In this document: piece after piece, positions 38,959-48,785 of the stretch
How the letters are laid out: each line of letters opens with the position of its first letter
How positions within the stretch are numbered: position 1 is the stretch's first letter
NCBI GenBank assembly: GCA_945892765.1
Contig: CAMDDQ010000003.1
Location: 1 to 63,179 of the forward strand
From: Asaia bogorensis
GTDB taxonomy: Bacteria; Pseudomonadota; Alphaproteobacteria; CACIAM-22H2
DNA: 63,179 nt
Direction: 5' to 3'
Position numbers and translations under genes: made by a program
The notes under the pieces: generated by a model
The model's database searches: none
What the model was told of the DNA's origin: nothing
The model's input: only the letters and a program-made list of their open reading frames with translations

Positions 38959-39993
38959 ATGCCATCCTCGCCGATATCCAGTCCGGACCACGCGCCACGA
39001 TTTGAGGACGTCGAGGCCGCCGCAGAACGTATCGCCGGGATTGCCGTTTCCACGCCGCTGCTCGAATCCAGCCTTCTCAACCAACGTCTTGGCGGGCGCC
39101 TCCTGCTCAAGGCAGAAGTGCTGCAGAGGACGGGATCGTTTAAATTTCGCGGCGCCTATAACCGCATTTGCCGCCTCGACGACAATGCGCGGCGCACCGG
39201 CGTGGTCGCCTATTCCTCCGGCAACCACGCCCAGGCTGTCGCGGCGGCGGCACGGCTGCTCGATTTGCCAGCGGTGATCGTGATGCCGCGGGATGCACCG
39301 GCAATCAAGATCGAGATGACGCGTGCGCAGGGCGCCGAAATCGTCTTCTACGACCGACTCCGGGATGTCCGCGAGGCGATTGGCGCCCGCCTCGCCGCCG
39401 AACGAGACGCGATCTTGGTCCCGCCTTATGAAGACCGGTTTGTCATTGCCGGCCAGGGCACGATCGGTCTGGAGCTTGCCGATCAGGCCGAGGCATTGCG
39501 CACCAAACTCGACGCCGTGCTCGTCCCCTGTGGCGGCGGCGGCCTCCTGGCCGGATGTAGTCTTGCCCTCGCCCACCGCATGCCCGGCGCTGATGTCTTG
39601 GCCGTCGAACCCGAGGGTTATGACGATACCGCTCGTTCCCTTGCCGCCGGGCACAGAATCGCCAACGCGGCTGGCCGGTCCAGCTTTTGCGATGCGCTGC
39701 TGACCCCGATTCCGGGCGAGATCACCTTCTCGATCAATGCGCGACTTGCATCCGGCGGCTTGACGGTCACCGACGATCAAGTCGCCGATGCAATGGCGGC
39801 GGCGTTCCAACATCTGAAGCTGATCGTCGAGCCGGGGGGCGCGGTTGCTTTGGCCGCGGTCCTATCGGGCCGATTTGACGCCCGCGGCAAGACGGTCGCG
39901 GTCGTTTGTTCCGGAGGCAATGTCGATTCCGGAACGTTCGCCGCGGCCCTGCGCCGGGTAGATGGAACGCGCACGTCGGGCCTGACGAATTAG
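38959..39993 (+). CDS. PLP-dependent threonine/serine dehydratase
   Basis: PLP-Lys motif QRTGSFKFRGA, SSGNHAQA, and a GGGGL glycine loop. Confidence 0.85.
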   Translation: MPSSPISSPDHAPRFEDVEAAAERIAGIAVSTPLLESSLLNQRLGGRLLLKAEVLQRTGSFKFRGAYNRICRLDDNARRTGVVAYSSGNHAQAVAAAARLLDLPAVIVMPRDAPAIKIEMTRAQGAEIVFYDRLRDVREAIGARLAAERDAILVPPYEDRFVIAGQGTIGLELADQAEALRTKLDAVLVPCGGGGLLAGCSLALAHRMPGADVLAVEPEGYDDTARSLAAGHRIANAAGRSSFCDALLTPIPGEITFSINARLASGGLTVTDDQVADAMAAAFQHLKLIVEPGGAVALAAVLSGRFDARGKTVAVVCSGGNVDSGTFAAALRRVDGTRTSGLTN

Positions 39994-41432
39994 GTCTCCG
40001 ACGCCGCCTTTTGTTCCTCGTCCCAGCCTTGACGCTTGCGGTAAATCGTCGAAGGGCTGACACCGAGATATTTTGCCGCTCTAGTGATGCTACCGCCGCA
40101 TAGCCGGATGGCGTCTTCGACCGCTTCCTGCTCCACACGCCACAGGGGACGGATCGCGGCCTCGGCATTGGCCCCAGGTCCGTCGCCGGCCTCGAGTCGG
40201 TGTCCGGCGGCGCCCGCCCCACCTGGCGCATAAAGGGGCGCGGGCAACATCGCGGGAGTGACGACATCGCCGTCGTGTAGCACCACGATGTTGCGAATGA
40301 CATTTTGGAGCTGACGCACGTTGCCAGGCCAAGAATATCCGCGCAGCAACGCCGACGCCTCGGGCGAGAACCGCGTGAATTGCTTTTTCTCCTCCCGAGC
40401 GAACCGCACCAGGAAGCGGTCGGCGATCACCAAAACATCGTCTTCGCGGTCGCGCAAAGGAGGCAGATCAATGGGGACGACATGCAACCGGTAATAGAGG
40501 TCCTCGCGAAAGCGCCCAGCGCGAACCTCGGCAAGCGGGTCTCGATTGGTGGCGCAGAGGATACGCACATCAACTTGTTCAGTCTTGGAACCGCCAACCT
40601 TTGTGAAGGTCCCCGTTTGCAGGAAGCGCAGCAATTTCGTCTGCAGGCTGGATTCCAGTTCGCAGACTTCGTCGAGAAACAACGTTCCGGCATCGGCGCG
40701 TGTGGCCGCGCCTTCGCGATCGGCCACCGCGCCGGTAAAGGCACCCTTCACATGGCCGAAGATTTCGCTCTCCATCAAATCCTTGGGAATGGCGCCGCAG
40801 TTGATGGCGAGGAAGGGCTTGGTTCGGCGAGGGCTTTGGCGGTGAATCGCCTCCGCGCAGAGCTCCTTGCCGGTTCCGCTGTCGCCGGTGATGAAAACTG
40901 TGGCTCGGCTCGGCGCCGCGCTTTCGATGATTCGATAAACCGCCTGCATGGCGAGAGACGAGCCGATGAAGCCGCCATATTCGTCACGGCCGAAATCGCG
41001 CTTGAAGCTCTCGACGATTTGGCTAAGCCGTTGCCGTTCAAGTGCGTTGCGCACCGTGACCATCAGCCGTTCCGGCGCAAAGGGCTTCACTACAAAGTCG
41101 AAGGCGCCCTCTCGCATCGCCTCGACCGCCACGTTGATCGAGCCATGCGCACTAACCACGACCACCGTGATCGGCCATTCCTGGGCGCGCACCTGTTTCA
41201 AAATGTCGATGCCGTTCATATCCGGCAATTGCAGATCGAGAAGCATGACCTGCGGCATCCGCGCCGCGATGGCGGCAAGCGCGGCGGCGCCATTCTCGGC
41301 CACACTAAGAGTACAGGCCTCGTGGCCGAGGATTTCGCAATAGGCGCGCGCCAAGGCCGGCTTGTCTTCCACCAAGAGGACAATGGGAAGATTTGCGGCG
41401 GCCATCGCCCCATGAGCGGATTCGCGCCCCAT
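39990..41432 (-). CDS. sigma-54-dependent Fis-family response regulator (NtrC/LuxO-like)
   Basis: Receiver (LLDLQLPDMNG, FDFVVKPF), AAA+ domain (GDSGTGKE, GAFTGA, ESELFGH-like), and a C-terminal Fis HTH (RAAKYLGVSPSTIYRK). ATG at 41405 is an alternative start. Confidence 0.85.
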   Translation of the reverse strand: MGRESAHGAMAAANLPIVLLVEDKPALARAYCEILGHEACTLSVAENGAAALAAIAARMPQVMLLDLQLPDMNGIDILKQVRAQEWPITVVVVSAHGSINVAVEAMREGAFDFVVKPFAPERLMVTVRNALERQRLSQIVESFKRDFGRDEYGGFIGSSLAMQAVYRIIESAAPSRATVFITGDSGTGKELCAEAIHRQSPRRTKPFLAINCGAIPKDLMESEIFGHVKGAFTGAVADREGAATRADAGTLFLDEVCELESSLQTKLLRFLQTGTFTKVGGSKTEQVDVRILCATNRDPLAEVRAGRFREDLYYRLHVVPIDLPPLRDREDDVLVIADRFLVRFAREEKKQFTRFSPEASALLRGYSWPGNVRQLQNVIRNIVVLHDGDVVTPAMLPAPLYAPGGAGAAGHRLEAGDGPGANAEAAIRPLWRVEQEAVEDAIRLCGGSITRAAKYLGVSPSTIYRKRQGWDEEQKAASET

Positions 41433-41482
41433 GGAACGACACTATCGGAACATACGGTAGCCGATCAAGCCGGCCATCGCCC

Positions 41483-42178
41483 TCAGGGGGCTGGCGCCCC
41501 ACGAAAACCAGTGGCGACGATGAAGACCTCGGCGGAGTCGGGGCGGCTAGCCGGCGGTTTGGCCCGCTTCACCGACGAAAATAGACCCTTCAACGATTCC
41601 ATCACCTCGCCCTCGTCGCCTCCCTGAAGTAGCTTGGCGACGAAAGTCCCGCCCGAAACCAGTGTTGCGGCCGCGACGCGAAGGGCCGCTTCCACGAGCG
41701 CGACCGATCGCATGTGATCGGTCTCGCGGTGGCCTGTTGCCGCCGGCGCCATGTCGCTGAGGACGATTTCGGCCCTGCCTCCCAACGCCGCTTTCACCGT
41801 TTCCGGCGCATCGGGCCTCAGGAGGTCGACTTCCAGCCCCGTCGATCCTTCGATCGACGGCAGGCGGCCGAGGTCGACCGAGAGCACGCCGCCGCCGCAT
41901 CTCTCCACCGCCACTTGGGTCCATCCACCCGGGGCGGCGCCAAGATCGACGACGCGCCTGCCGGGCTTAAAAAAATGGAAGCGATCGTCCAGGTCAAGGA
42001 GCTTGAAGGCGGCGCGCGACAGATACCCTTTGCGACGGGCCGCGGCGACAAAGGGATCACGTTGTTGGCGGCGCAACCAAAGCTGCGACGAAAGCGTCCG
42101 CTGGCGCGGTTTGGGTCGAGCCTTGCCTTCAGCGCCTTCGGTAGAGCGGCCTGACTTGCCGCCCCTCTTGCCCTTCAC
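41483..42178 (-). CDS. rlmE: 23S rRNA (uridine2552-2'-O)-methyltransferase RlmE/FtsJ
   Basis: SRAAFKLLDLD, VVDLGAAPGGW, VLSDMAP and FVAKLLQG motifs. Confidence 0.9.
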   Translation of the reverse strand: MKGKRGGKSGRSTEGAEGKARPKPRQRTLSSQLWLRRQQRDPFVAAARRKGYLSRAAFKLLDLDDRFHFFKPGRRVVDLGAAPGGWTQVAVERCGGGVLSVDLGRLPSIEGSTGLEVDLLRPDAPETVKAALGGRAEIVLSDMAPAATGHRETDHMRSVALVEAALRVAAATLVSGGTFVAKLLQGGDEGEVMESLKGLFSSVKRAKPPASRPDSAEVFIVATGFRGAPAP

Positions 42179-43299
42179 GACGCGCGCGCCGCGTCCATGG
42201 CTGCGGCTTCGATCAGGCCGAGAAGGATGCCTTCGCGCAGGCCCCGATCAGCCACCCGCAACCGACCCACGGGCCACTGCCGGCAAATCGCGTTGAGAAT
42301 GGCGCAGCCGGCCAGGGTCAAGTCGGCGCGATCGCTGCCGATACACGGAAGCGCCGCGCGCTGCGCAAAATCCAGGCCGGCCAAGCTTTCGATGATGTTC
42401 GAGATTTCGGTGAAGTCGAGAAATGAGCCGTCGACTTGGTTTCGGTCATAACGCGCCAAACCGAGCCGGATGCTCGCAAGCGTCGTAACCGTTCCCGAGG
42501 TACCCAGCATTTGCACCTGCCCGGCGGCGATGGATGCGCCGATTCGGTGGCGTTCCTCGAAGGGGCGGAGAAGTTCTTCCACTTCCTCGCCCATGCTGGC
42601 GAAGACCGCCGGCTTGATGACATCGCCCCCGTAACGCTCGGCCAGTGTGACCACGCCGCAGGGCAGCGACACCGCAGCGATGAATTCCGGGGAAAGCCCG
42701 GGGATCAGGCGCAGCCAAATGACCTCGGTGCTGCCCCCGCCGATATCGAACAACAGGGCATGGGGTTTGGCGTGATCGAGCAAAGGCGCGCAGCCCGCGA
42801 TCGCAAGCCTCGCCTCGACACCGGGCTGAATTGTTTCAAAGCGAATGCCCGTTTCCTCGAAAACGGTTTGGAGAAAGGCCTCGGCATTGCCAGCCCGGCG
42901 GCAAGCTTCGGTGGCAACAGCGCGGGCCTGCGTGACTCGACGCCGGAGCATCTTCGTGGCGCAAATACGCAAAGCATCGACGGCTCGCCCCATGGCCGCC
43001 TCACACAACATTCCGGTCGCAGCGACACCTTCCCCGAGACGCACCGTGCGCGAGAAAGCATCGATGACACGAAATCCCGGATTGCTCGGGCGAGCAACAA
43101 GCAGACGGCAATTGTTCGTGCCCAAGTCGAGCGCGGCGAATACGGGCGGATCACTGCAGTAAGACGGTGTCGCTCGTTCCTCGTATCGTGCGGTTCGAGG
43201 TCTTGAGGCGAGCTCGTACACACTCCGCTCCAAATCGATTTCGCCCCGGGCCAAGCCTAATTCACAACTTCGTGAACGATAACGCAATGCGTCGATCAC
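42175..43299 (-). CDS. Ppx/GppA family phosphatase
   Basis: ASKHA fold motifs ALDLGTNNCRLLV and LFDIGGGSTE. About 370 aa. The exact start is uncertain. Confidence 0.8.
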   Translation of the reverse strand: MIDALRYRSRSCELGLARGEIDLERSVYELASRPRTARYEERATPSYCSDPPVFAALDLGTNNCRLLVARPSNPGFRVIDAFSRTVRLGEGVAATGMLCEAAMGRAVDALRICATKMLRRRVTQARAVATEACRRAGNAEAFLQTVFEETGIRFETIQPGVEARLAIAGCAPLLDHAKPHALLFDIGGGSTEVIWLRLIPGLSPEFIAAVSLPCGVVTLAERYGGDVIKPAVFASMGEEVEELLRPFEERHRIGASIAAGQVQMLGTSGTVTTLASIRLGLARYDRNQVDGSFLDFTEISNIIESLAGLDFAQRAALPCIGSDRADLTLAGCAILNAICRQWPVGRLRVADRGLREGILLGLIEAAAMDAARAS

Positions 43300-43432
43300 G
43301 CAACCATTAAGATTATCCCGTAATGCGACAACGGATGGGCCAGCAATCTATTCCCAAGTGTCGCCGCGGGCAGCGGCCAAACTATTCAACAAAGTCCGCC
43401 TATGTTAAAAGCCCGATCCAGCGCGGCCCCGC

Positions 43433-43506
43433 TGGGGGATAGTTTAACGGTAGAACTCTGGACTCTGGATCCAGGTGTCGTGGTTCGAATCCACGTCCCC
43501 CAGCCA
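43433..43506 (+). tRNA. tRNA-Gln (anticodon CTG)
   Basis: Manual cloverleaf. Acceptor TGGGGGA/TCCCCCA, D arm GTTT-AACGGTA-GAAC, anticodon arm CTGGA-CTCTGGA-TCCAG (anticodon CUG), T arm CGTGG-TTCGAAT-CCACG, discriminator G, encoded CCA. 74 nt. Confidence 0.9.
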
Positions 43507-43520
43507 ACTTGCTCGTCAGG

Positions 43521-44396
43521 CTACGGGTTCCCCTCGACCAATGTGACCGGAAGCTTCAGGTAGCGGATACCGTTGGACTCGGGTTCTGGAAATTTTCCCG
43601 CCCGAATGTTCGTCTGAATCGACGGCAACAACAGGAGCGGCGCCCCGAGTTCCGCGTCGCGAACCTTGCGCCATGCCGCGAATTCGTCGGCGCTGCGTCC
43701 CAGCAGATGTACGTTCCGCTTTTCTTCTGCCACCGTGGTCTCCCAAGCGAAGTAGTCGCGGCCCGGCGCTTTGTAGTCGTGACACATGAACAGGCGCGTC
43801 TCGTTGGGCAAGGCCAGCAGCCGATGCGCCGAGGCATAAAGCGTTCTTGCGTCACTACCCGGGAAATCGGCCCGCGCGGTCCCGTAATCAGGCATGAATA
43901 ATGTATCGCCAACAAAAACGGCATCTTCGATCTTGTAAGCCACGTCCGCCGGAGTGTGTCCGGGTACGTACAGAACCTCGATCTCGATGTTGCCGATCCG
44001 AAAGCGTTCCCCTTCCTTGAATAGACAGTCGAACTCGGACCCATCACCGGAGATGTCGGAAAGGTTGAACACCGACCGAAAAATCCTCTGGACGTCCTTG
44101 ATGTGCTCGCCGATGCCGATCTTTGCGCCGATCTTTCGCTTGAAATACGGCGCCGACGACAGGTGATCCGCATGGGCGTGAGTCTCCAGCACCCAGTCGA
44201 TCGTCACTCCCGCTGCCTTCGCGGCCGTCAGAATCCGGTCGGCGGAAACCGTCGAGGCATCACCGGAACGGTGATCGAAGTCCAGCACCGGATCGAGGAC
44301 TGCGCCCCGCATCGTTGCTCGATCCCAAATCAGATAGCTGACGGTGTTGGTCGGCTCGTCGAAAAAAGCGCGGACAGCAAAGCTTTCGCTTTTCAT
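43521..44396 (-). CDS. MBL-fold metallo-hydrolase (type II persulfide dioxygenase-like)
   Basis: ETHAHADH metal motif, PGHTPA, and FVGDTLFMPDYGTARADFPG..CHDY, as in the glyoxalase II/PDO-like subgroup. ATG at 44396. The longer ORF upstream is a read-through shadow. Confidence 0.8.
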   Translation of the reverse strand: MKSESFAVRAFFDEPTNTVSYLIWDRATMRGAVLDPVLDFDHRSGDASTVSADRILTAAKAAGVTIDWVLETHAHADHLSSAPYFKRKIGAKIGIGEHIKDVQRIFRSVFNLSDISGDGSEFDCLFKEGERFRIGNIEIEVLYVPGHTPADVAYKIEDAVFVGDTLFMPDYGTARADFPGSDARTLYASAHRLLALPNETRLFMCHDYKAPGRDYFAWETTVAEEKRNVHLLGRSADEFAAWRKVRDAELGAPLLLLPSIQTNIRAGKFPEPESNGIRYLKLPVTLVEGNP

Positions 44397-44400
44397 GTGT

Positions 44401-45117
44401 TTAGGGGATCGCCCCGGCCGCGTAGAGGATATTGACGATCTCGCCCTGCCGCCGGCTTCGCGCATGGGTGAGCGGAGTCTTGCCGTCGCGATCACCGAGA
44501 TTGACGGAGGCGCCGGCCTCGACCAGGAGCCGGACGATCTCCGAGTGACGCACTCCGCCATCTCCCAGGATGATCGCCTCCAACAACGCGGTCCAGCCGA
44601 GGTTGTTGACATGGTCGATATTGATCGCCGTCCCGAGCAGCTCGCGCACCGTCTCGACATGTCCGTAATGCGCGGCCGGTATCAGCGCGGTTCCGCCATA
44701 ACGATTGACGCTTGCAAGATCGGCACCGCTAGCGAGGGTCAAGCGCAAGATCTCGCTGTGTCCCGATGCTCCCGCCAAAAGAAAGGGACTGTCCTCGATG
44801 TTATCCTTGGCATTCACATCCGATCTGGCCGCGATCAGGACGCGTGCGGCGTCCACGTGATTGCCCTGAGTCGCGGCCAGCAACGCCGTCCGGCCACTGC
44901 CATCGCGGGCGTTCACATCGGCTCCGCCGCCGATGAGGCGCCCGACTTCCTTGGCGTCACCGCGAGCGGCCCCCGCTATCAAGGCCTGTTCCGCAGCGAT
45001 CGTCTGCGCGGCGGCTGGCTGTTCGACAGACATCCAGAGCAGAATACCCGCAATCAACCGAATTAGCCGCACCGGCCGTAGCCCGGCCTTTCCCTGCGTT
45101 GGGTGCAATCTTGCCAT
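44401..45117 (-). CDS. secreted ankyrin repeat protein
   Basis: N-terminal signal-like helix (LIRLIAGILLWMSVEQPAAAQ), then five or more ANK repeats (G.TALL.A...GH...V..L...GA..N). Stop lies 4 nt upstream of the MBL start. Confidence 0.85.
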   Translation of the reverse strand: MARLHPTQGKAGLRPVRLIRLIAGILLWMSVEQPAAAQTIAAEQALIAGAARGDAKEVGRLIGGGADVNARDGSGRTALLAATQGNHVDAARVLIAARSDVNAKDNIEDSPFLLAGASGHSEILRLTLASGADLASVNRYGGTALIPAAHYGHVETVRELLGTAINIDHVNNLGWTALLEAIILGDGGVRHSEIVRLLVEAGASVNLGDRDGKTPLTHARSRRQGEIVNILYAAGAIP

Positions 45118-45330
45118 CCGTTGAGACTACCCCATGACCTGGGGGCCTGCATGGGGCGAGTAAGAAACGATCTCGGGCAAACACGGTGACCTTAGGCTCG
45201 GCGAAGGCGTTTCTCAAGCCCCGCCCGCTCGCCGATTTGATATGTTGCCTGATAATGATGCTGCCGTGCAGTTCAGCGAGGGACCAACCGTGCCGACCGC
45301 CCTGCAGAGATCGATGATTGCGCTCGAACG

Positions 45331-45729
45331 ATGTACAGCGCGCCGGCGACGCTCGTCTTCCCCGGTATGGATCGGCCCGGCCCTTGCGTCGCCTGCGTGA
45401 CCGAACCGCGCCTCAAGACCGAGCTATGGATTCAGAGTCAGATTCGACTCTGCGACATCAATTTCATGCCGATCGCGATCCGGCGCCGCGGTGATCCCGA
45501 CGCGGGCGTAGTGCTTCTGCGGCTGTTTCGCGACCGCGATCGTTCGCTTTTGCTGAAGCGCGCCACCGAACCGCCCGGGTGGATGATCGTGGCGGGGCGG
45601 ACCGAAGTCGACGGAGAATCAGCCGAGGCCTACATCGCCCGCGAGATATCACGGGACCGCGACCTGTGGGTGGTGGAGATCGAAGACCCGAAGGAACGTT
45701 ATGAACCGGACGGGCCGGTCCAATCCTAG
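45331..45729 (+). CDS. DUF1491 family protein
   Basis: LKTELWIQSQIRLCDINFMPIAIRRRGDPDAGVVLL resembles the conserved alphaproteobacterial DUF1491 family. Start codon uncertain. Confidence 0.6.
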   Translation: MYSAPATLVFPGMDRPGPCVACVTEPRLKTELWIQSQIRLCDINFMPIAIRRRGDPDAGVVLLRLFRDRDRSLLLKRATEPPGWMIVAGRTEVDGESAEAYIAREISRDRDLWVVEIEDPKERYEPDGPVQS

Positions 45730-45746
45730 AGCCGCCACAGTCGAAC

Positions 45747-46538
45747 CTACGACGACGGCAGCTCGGCCTGTTGCTGGGCGGGAGGTAGCACGGGGTCGGC
45801 CATGCGTTTGAACCGGCCATGGGCGCGAACACTGAACGGAATACTCGCCAGGTAGGCGGCGTTGATGATGAGCAATGTCAGCCACGGTGCGCTGACGACC
45901 GCGGCGGCAAAGGCGCCTGCAACAAGCAGGACCGGCACCATGTAACGCTGCGAAATCCGAACCTGCTTCATGGAGTAGGTCGGAATCTGGCTGATCATCA
46001 GAACCGCAACGCTACAGACGACACCGCCGGTGAAGAGCGGGGCCGAGGCTAACTCGCCGCCAAATTGAAAGCTAAACATCATCGGCAAAAGGACAAGCGC
46101 AGCACCCGCCGGCGCGGGAACGCCGGTGAAAAAACCCGCCGCCCAGGGCGGCGGCGCGGGATCCCCGAGCCGTGTGTTGAACCGCGCAAGCCGCAGGGCG
46201 CAACACACAGCAAATAGTAGAACCAACGCCCAGCCAAGTCCGCCGGCGGACTGCATCGTCCACAGATACAACAACACCGCCGGCGCCACACCGAAACTGA
46301 CGAAGTCCGAAAGCGAATCGAGTTCCGCGCCGAATTTGCTCGTTCCGCCAAGCAACCGCGCCAGCCTTCCGTCGAGCCCGTCGAGTATGCCCGCGATGAG
46401 CACGGCGAAGACGCCGAATTCCCAGCGCTCTTCCAGGCCAAAACGAATGGCCGTCAGGCCCGCGCATAAGGCCAGCACGGTCAGTACATTGGGAACAATT
46501 CGGTTGATGGCCGGCCGCCGCAACCGCGAGCCGCGCAT
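45747..46538 (-). CDS. pssA: CDP-diacylglycerol--serine O-phosphatidyltransferase
   Basis: CDP-alcohol phosphatidyltransferase motif DGLDGRLARLLGGTSKFGAELDSLSD. ATG at 46538 is preferred; the ORF is open to 46619. Confidence 0.9.
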   Translation of the reverse strand: MRGSRLRRPAINRIVPNVLTVLALCAGLTAIRFGLEERWEFGVFAVLIAGILDGLDGRLARLLGGTSKFGAELDSLSDFVSFGVAPAVLLYLWTMQSAGGLGWALVLLFAVCCALRLARFNTRLGDPAPPPWAAGFFTGVPAPAGAALVLLPMMFSFQFGGELASAPLFTGGVVCSVAVLMISQIPTYSMKQVRISQRYMVPVLLVAGAFAAAVVSAPWLTLLIINAAYLASIPFSVRAHGRFKRMADPVLPPAQQQAELPSS

Positions 46539-46569
46539 CCGAAGCCTTACGGGGCGGCGGGCAAGCACT

Positions 46570-47292
46570 TCAGCGAACCTCTCCGGCGCGCGCCGGTTCG
46601 GCGGAGGTGAGATCGGCAAGCACGGTTTCGCCGCCGATCACGCGCTGGCCCACAAGGACGAGCGGCGCAACGCCGGTCGGGAGATACAGATCGACGCGGC
46701 TACCGAATCGGATCATGCCATAACGCTGGCCCGAACGAACCGTCTGCCCTTCGGTGAGAGTACACAATATCCGGCGCGCGATCAGCCCCGCAACCTGGAC
46801 AAACGCCAGATCTCGTCCGTCGGCCAGGGCCAGCCGTACGGCCATGCGTTCGTTGGCCTCGCTGGCCTTATCGAGTGAAGCATTGATGAAACGGCCCGGG
46901 CGATAGGCCAAGGTTTTGACGACGCCATCGGCCGGGACACGGTTAACGTGAACGTCGAACGTGCTGAGGAAAATGCCTATGCGCGTGCGTGGTTCGCTCC
47001 CCATCCCGATCTCTTCCGGGGGAGGCGCGGCGGCGACGCTGACGACCCTGCCATCGCCGGGGCTGACGACGAGCCCTGGACGTGTGGGTGTCACCCTTTC
47101 GGGATCGCGAAAGAAATAAACACACCAGCCGGTGACGATCGCCCCGATCCATCCAATGGAGACATCGATCAGCGCCAGCATGATCGTCACCAGGACGGAA
47201 ATGGCGATGAACGGCCACCCTTCGGGATGAACGGGAGCAATCACTAATTTCAAAGTCTGCTGCACGGAAATGGCTGGAAACTCCCTAGTCAT
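46570..47292 (-). CDS. psd: phosphatidylserine decarboxylase proenzyme
   Basis: Short-form Psd with the MIRFGSRVD (G-S cleavage) motif, upstream of pssA. Confidence 0.9.
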   Translation of the reverse strand: MTREFPAISVQQTLKLVIAPVHPEGWPFIAISVLVTIMLALIDVSIGWIGAIVTGWCVYFFRDPERVTPTRPGLVVSPGDGRVVSVAAAPPPEEIGMGSEPRTRIGIFLSTFDVHVNRVPADGVVKTLAYRPGRFINASLDKASEANERMAVRLALADGRDLAFVQVAGLIARRILCTLTEGQTVRSGQRYGMIRFGSRVDLYLPTGVAPLVLVGQRVIGGETVLADLTSAEPARAGEVR

Positions 47293-47343
47293 GGAACGAT
47301 CGTCGGCATGCGGAGCCTAACGACGCAGCTGAAAAAATCCAGG

Positions 47344-48714
47344 TTAGTTGACTTGAGGTACGATGAAGACTTGTCCGGGATATATTATGCTCGGGTCGCG
47401 AATCTGATCGCGGTTGGCCTGATAGATAGTGGTGAAGCGAACACCCTGGCCATAGGATCGGCGGGCGATTCGCCACAAGCTATTTCCAGGCTGAACGATG
47501 ACGCGGCCCTCGCTGGGCAGTTGGAGCGAAAGATCAGCGCGGACAAACGGTACTTCGAGACGCGCAACCACCCTCCCGCCCGGCGAGATCTGATCGACAC
47601 GCAAGGTATGCACACCCGGGTCCACGGGCTCCTGCGGTGTGAGCGTCCAATCGCCCACGATACTACTCTCCGTGCGGCCGACGGGTTGGTTGTCGACATA
47701 GACTTGAACCGATTCGCCAGGAGATGACCGTCCGCCGAAGACTACGTTCCCGGCGTCGTCGTAATCGACCGTGTCGAGATTGAGCACTGGTCCTTGGGCG
47801 TTTGTGGAGGGGGCCGGCTCGACCGGCGGCGCCTGTAGGACAGTGGAACGGCCCGCTCCTTCGCGCGGAGCCAGCAACGCCAATGGAGGAGTTGGCCGCG
47901 CGGCGGCTTCTCCGGCCAGATCCCTTCCCGGTTGCGGCACCGCCAAAACGACGACGTCATCGGAGCGTTGCGCCGGCCGGCCGGGCAATTCGGCCTTCAG
48001 GCTCAACTCGCGGTTGCCAGGCGCGAGGCGTTTGTCAGGCACGCCAACCCACTCTCCACGCGTATCGGCTTTGGCCCGCGCAATCTCGGTTTCGCTGTCA
48101 TACACAGTGACAATCGAGTCGGGTGCGGCACGACCAGCGATGACCGCCTCTCCCAAGGGGCTGACCCGCACGACGTCAAAGGATGGATTGGCTGGAGCGG
48201 GCGGTGCCAGTTGAGGCACCGCCGCGGGAGCCGACGCGGCTGGACTTGCCGGTGGCGTGACAACCGGAGGAGGCGGCGTCGCCGGCTCGGGCAGAGCCGC
48301 CTGGGCCGTCGCGGGCGGCCTGGATGTGGATGTGGTCGGCGGGGTCGGGACGGGTGCAGGCCGCACCTCGGCGCCAAGCGACGGCGGAATTGGTGCGGGC
48401 ACCGCCGCCGGTGGTGGCGTCAGGGCGGGAATAGTGACCGGCGATTGTGTGGCGGGAGCCTGGGTTGCGAAGGCGGGGTTCGTGTCCGGGGGCGGGCCGA
48501 CAACAGGCGGCGCCACAGGCTCCGGCGATGCGCGCGCTGCGGTGGGTGGATCTGCGGTGGCCGTCTCGATCGCGGGAGGCGCAATCCTTCGCGGCGTTTC
48601 GGCCAGCGGCACAGGGCGCCAGTCCTCGTCGCGCAACTGAATCCACGCCAAGATCGTCGCCGCAGCGACAAGAGCGGAGCCTAGTACGACGACGACCAGC
48701 GGTCGGTTGGTCAA
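47344..48714 (-). CDS. LysM peptidoglycan-binding domain protein (Pro/Ala-rich)
   Basis: N-terminal TM helix, long P/A/T-rich low-complexity linker, C-terminal LysM (GNSLWRIARRSYG..YQANRDQIRDPSIIYPGQVFIVP). Confidence 0.85.
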   Translation of the reverse strand: MTNRPLVVVVLGSALVAAATILAWIQLRDEDWRPVPLAETPRRIAPPAIETATADPPTAARASPEPVAPPVVGPPPDTNPAFATQAPATQSPVTIPALTPPPAAVPAPIPPSLGAEVRPAPVPTPPTTSTSRPPATAQAALPEPATPPPPVVTPPASPAASAPAAVPQLAPPAPANPSFDVVRVSPLGEAVIAGRAAPDSIVTVYDSETEIARAKADTRGEWVGVPDKRLAPGNRELSLKAELPGRPAQRSDDVVVLAVPQPGRDLAGEAAARPTPPLALLAPREGAGRSTVLQAPPVEPAPSTNAQGPVLNLDTVDYDDAGNVVFGGRSSPGESVQVYVDNQPVGRTESSIVGDWTLTPQEPVDPGVHTLRVDQISPGGRVVARLEVPFVRADLSLQLPSEGRVIVQPGNSLWRIARRSYGQGVRFTTIYQANRDQIRDPSIIYPGQVFIVPQVN

Positions 48715-48785
48715 CTCAACATCCTCTCACGCCGCCCACGCAATTACGGTAGTACGCAATATCGCGGGGTGCAACGTCCATTGAG

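Noticed and set aside
43433-45330. A genomic island integrated at tRNA-Gln.
   Set aside because: There is no integrase, no direct repeat of the tRNA 3' end downstream that I could find, and no obvious compositional shift relative to the neighbouring genes.
48150-48600. Repetitive Pro/Ala/Thr-rich stretch as a tandem repeat, VNTR or CRISPR-like array.
   Set aside because: It is low-complexity coding sequence inside the LysM protein (PPxxP-type linker). There are no regular repeat-spacer units.
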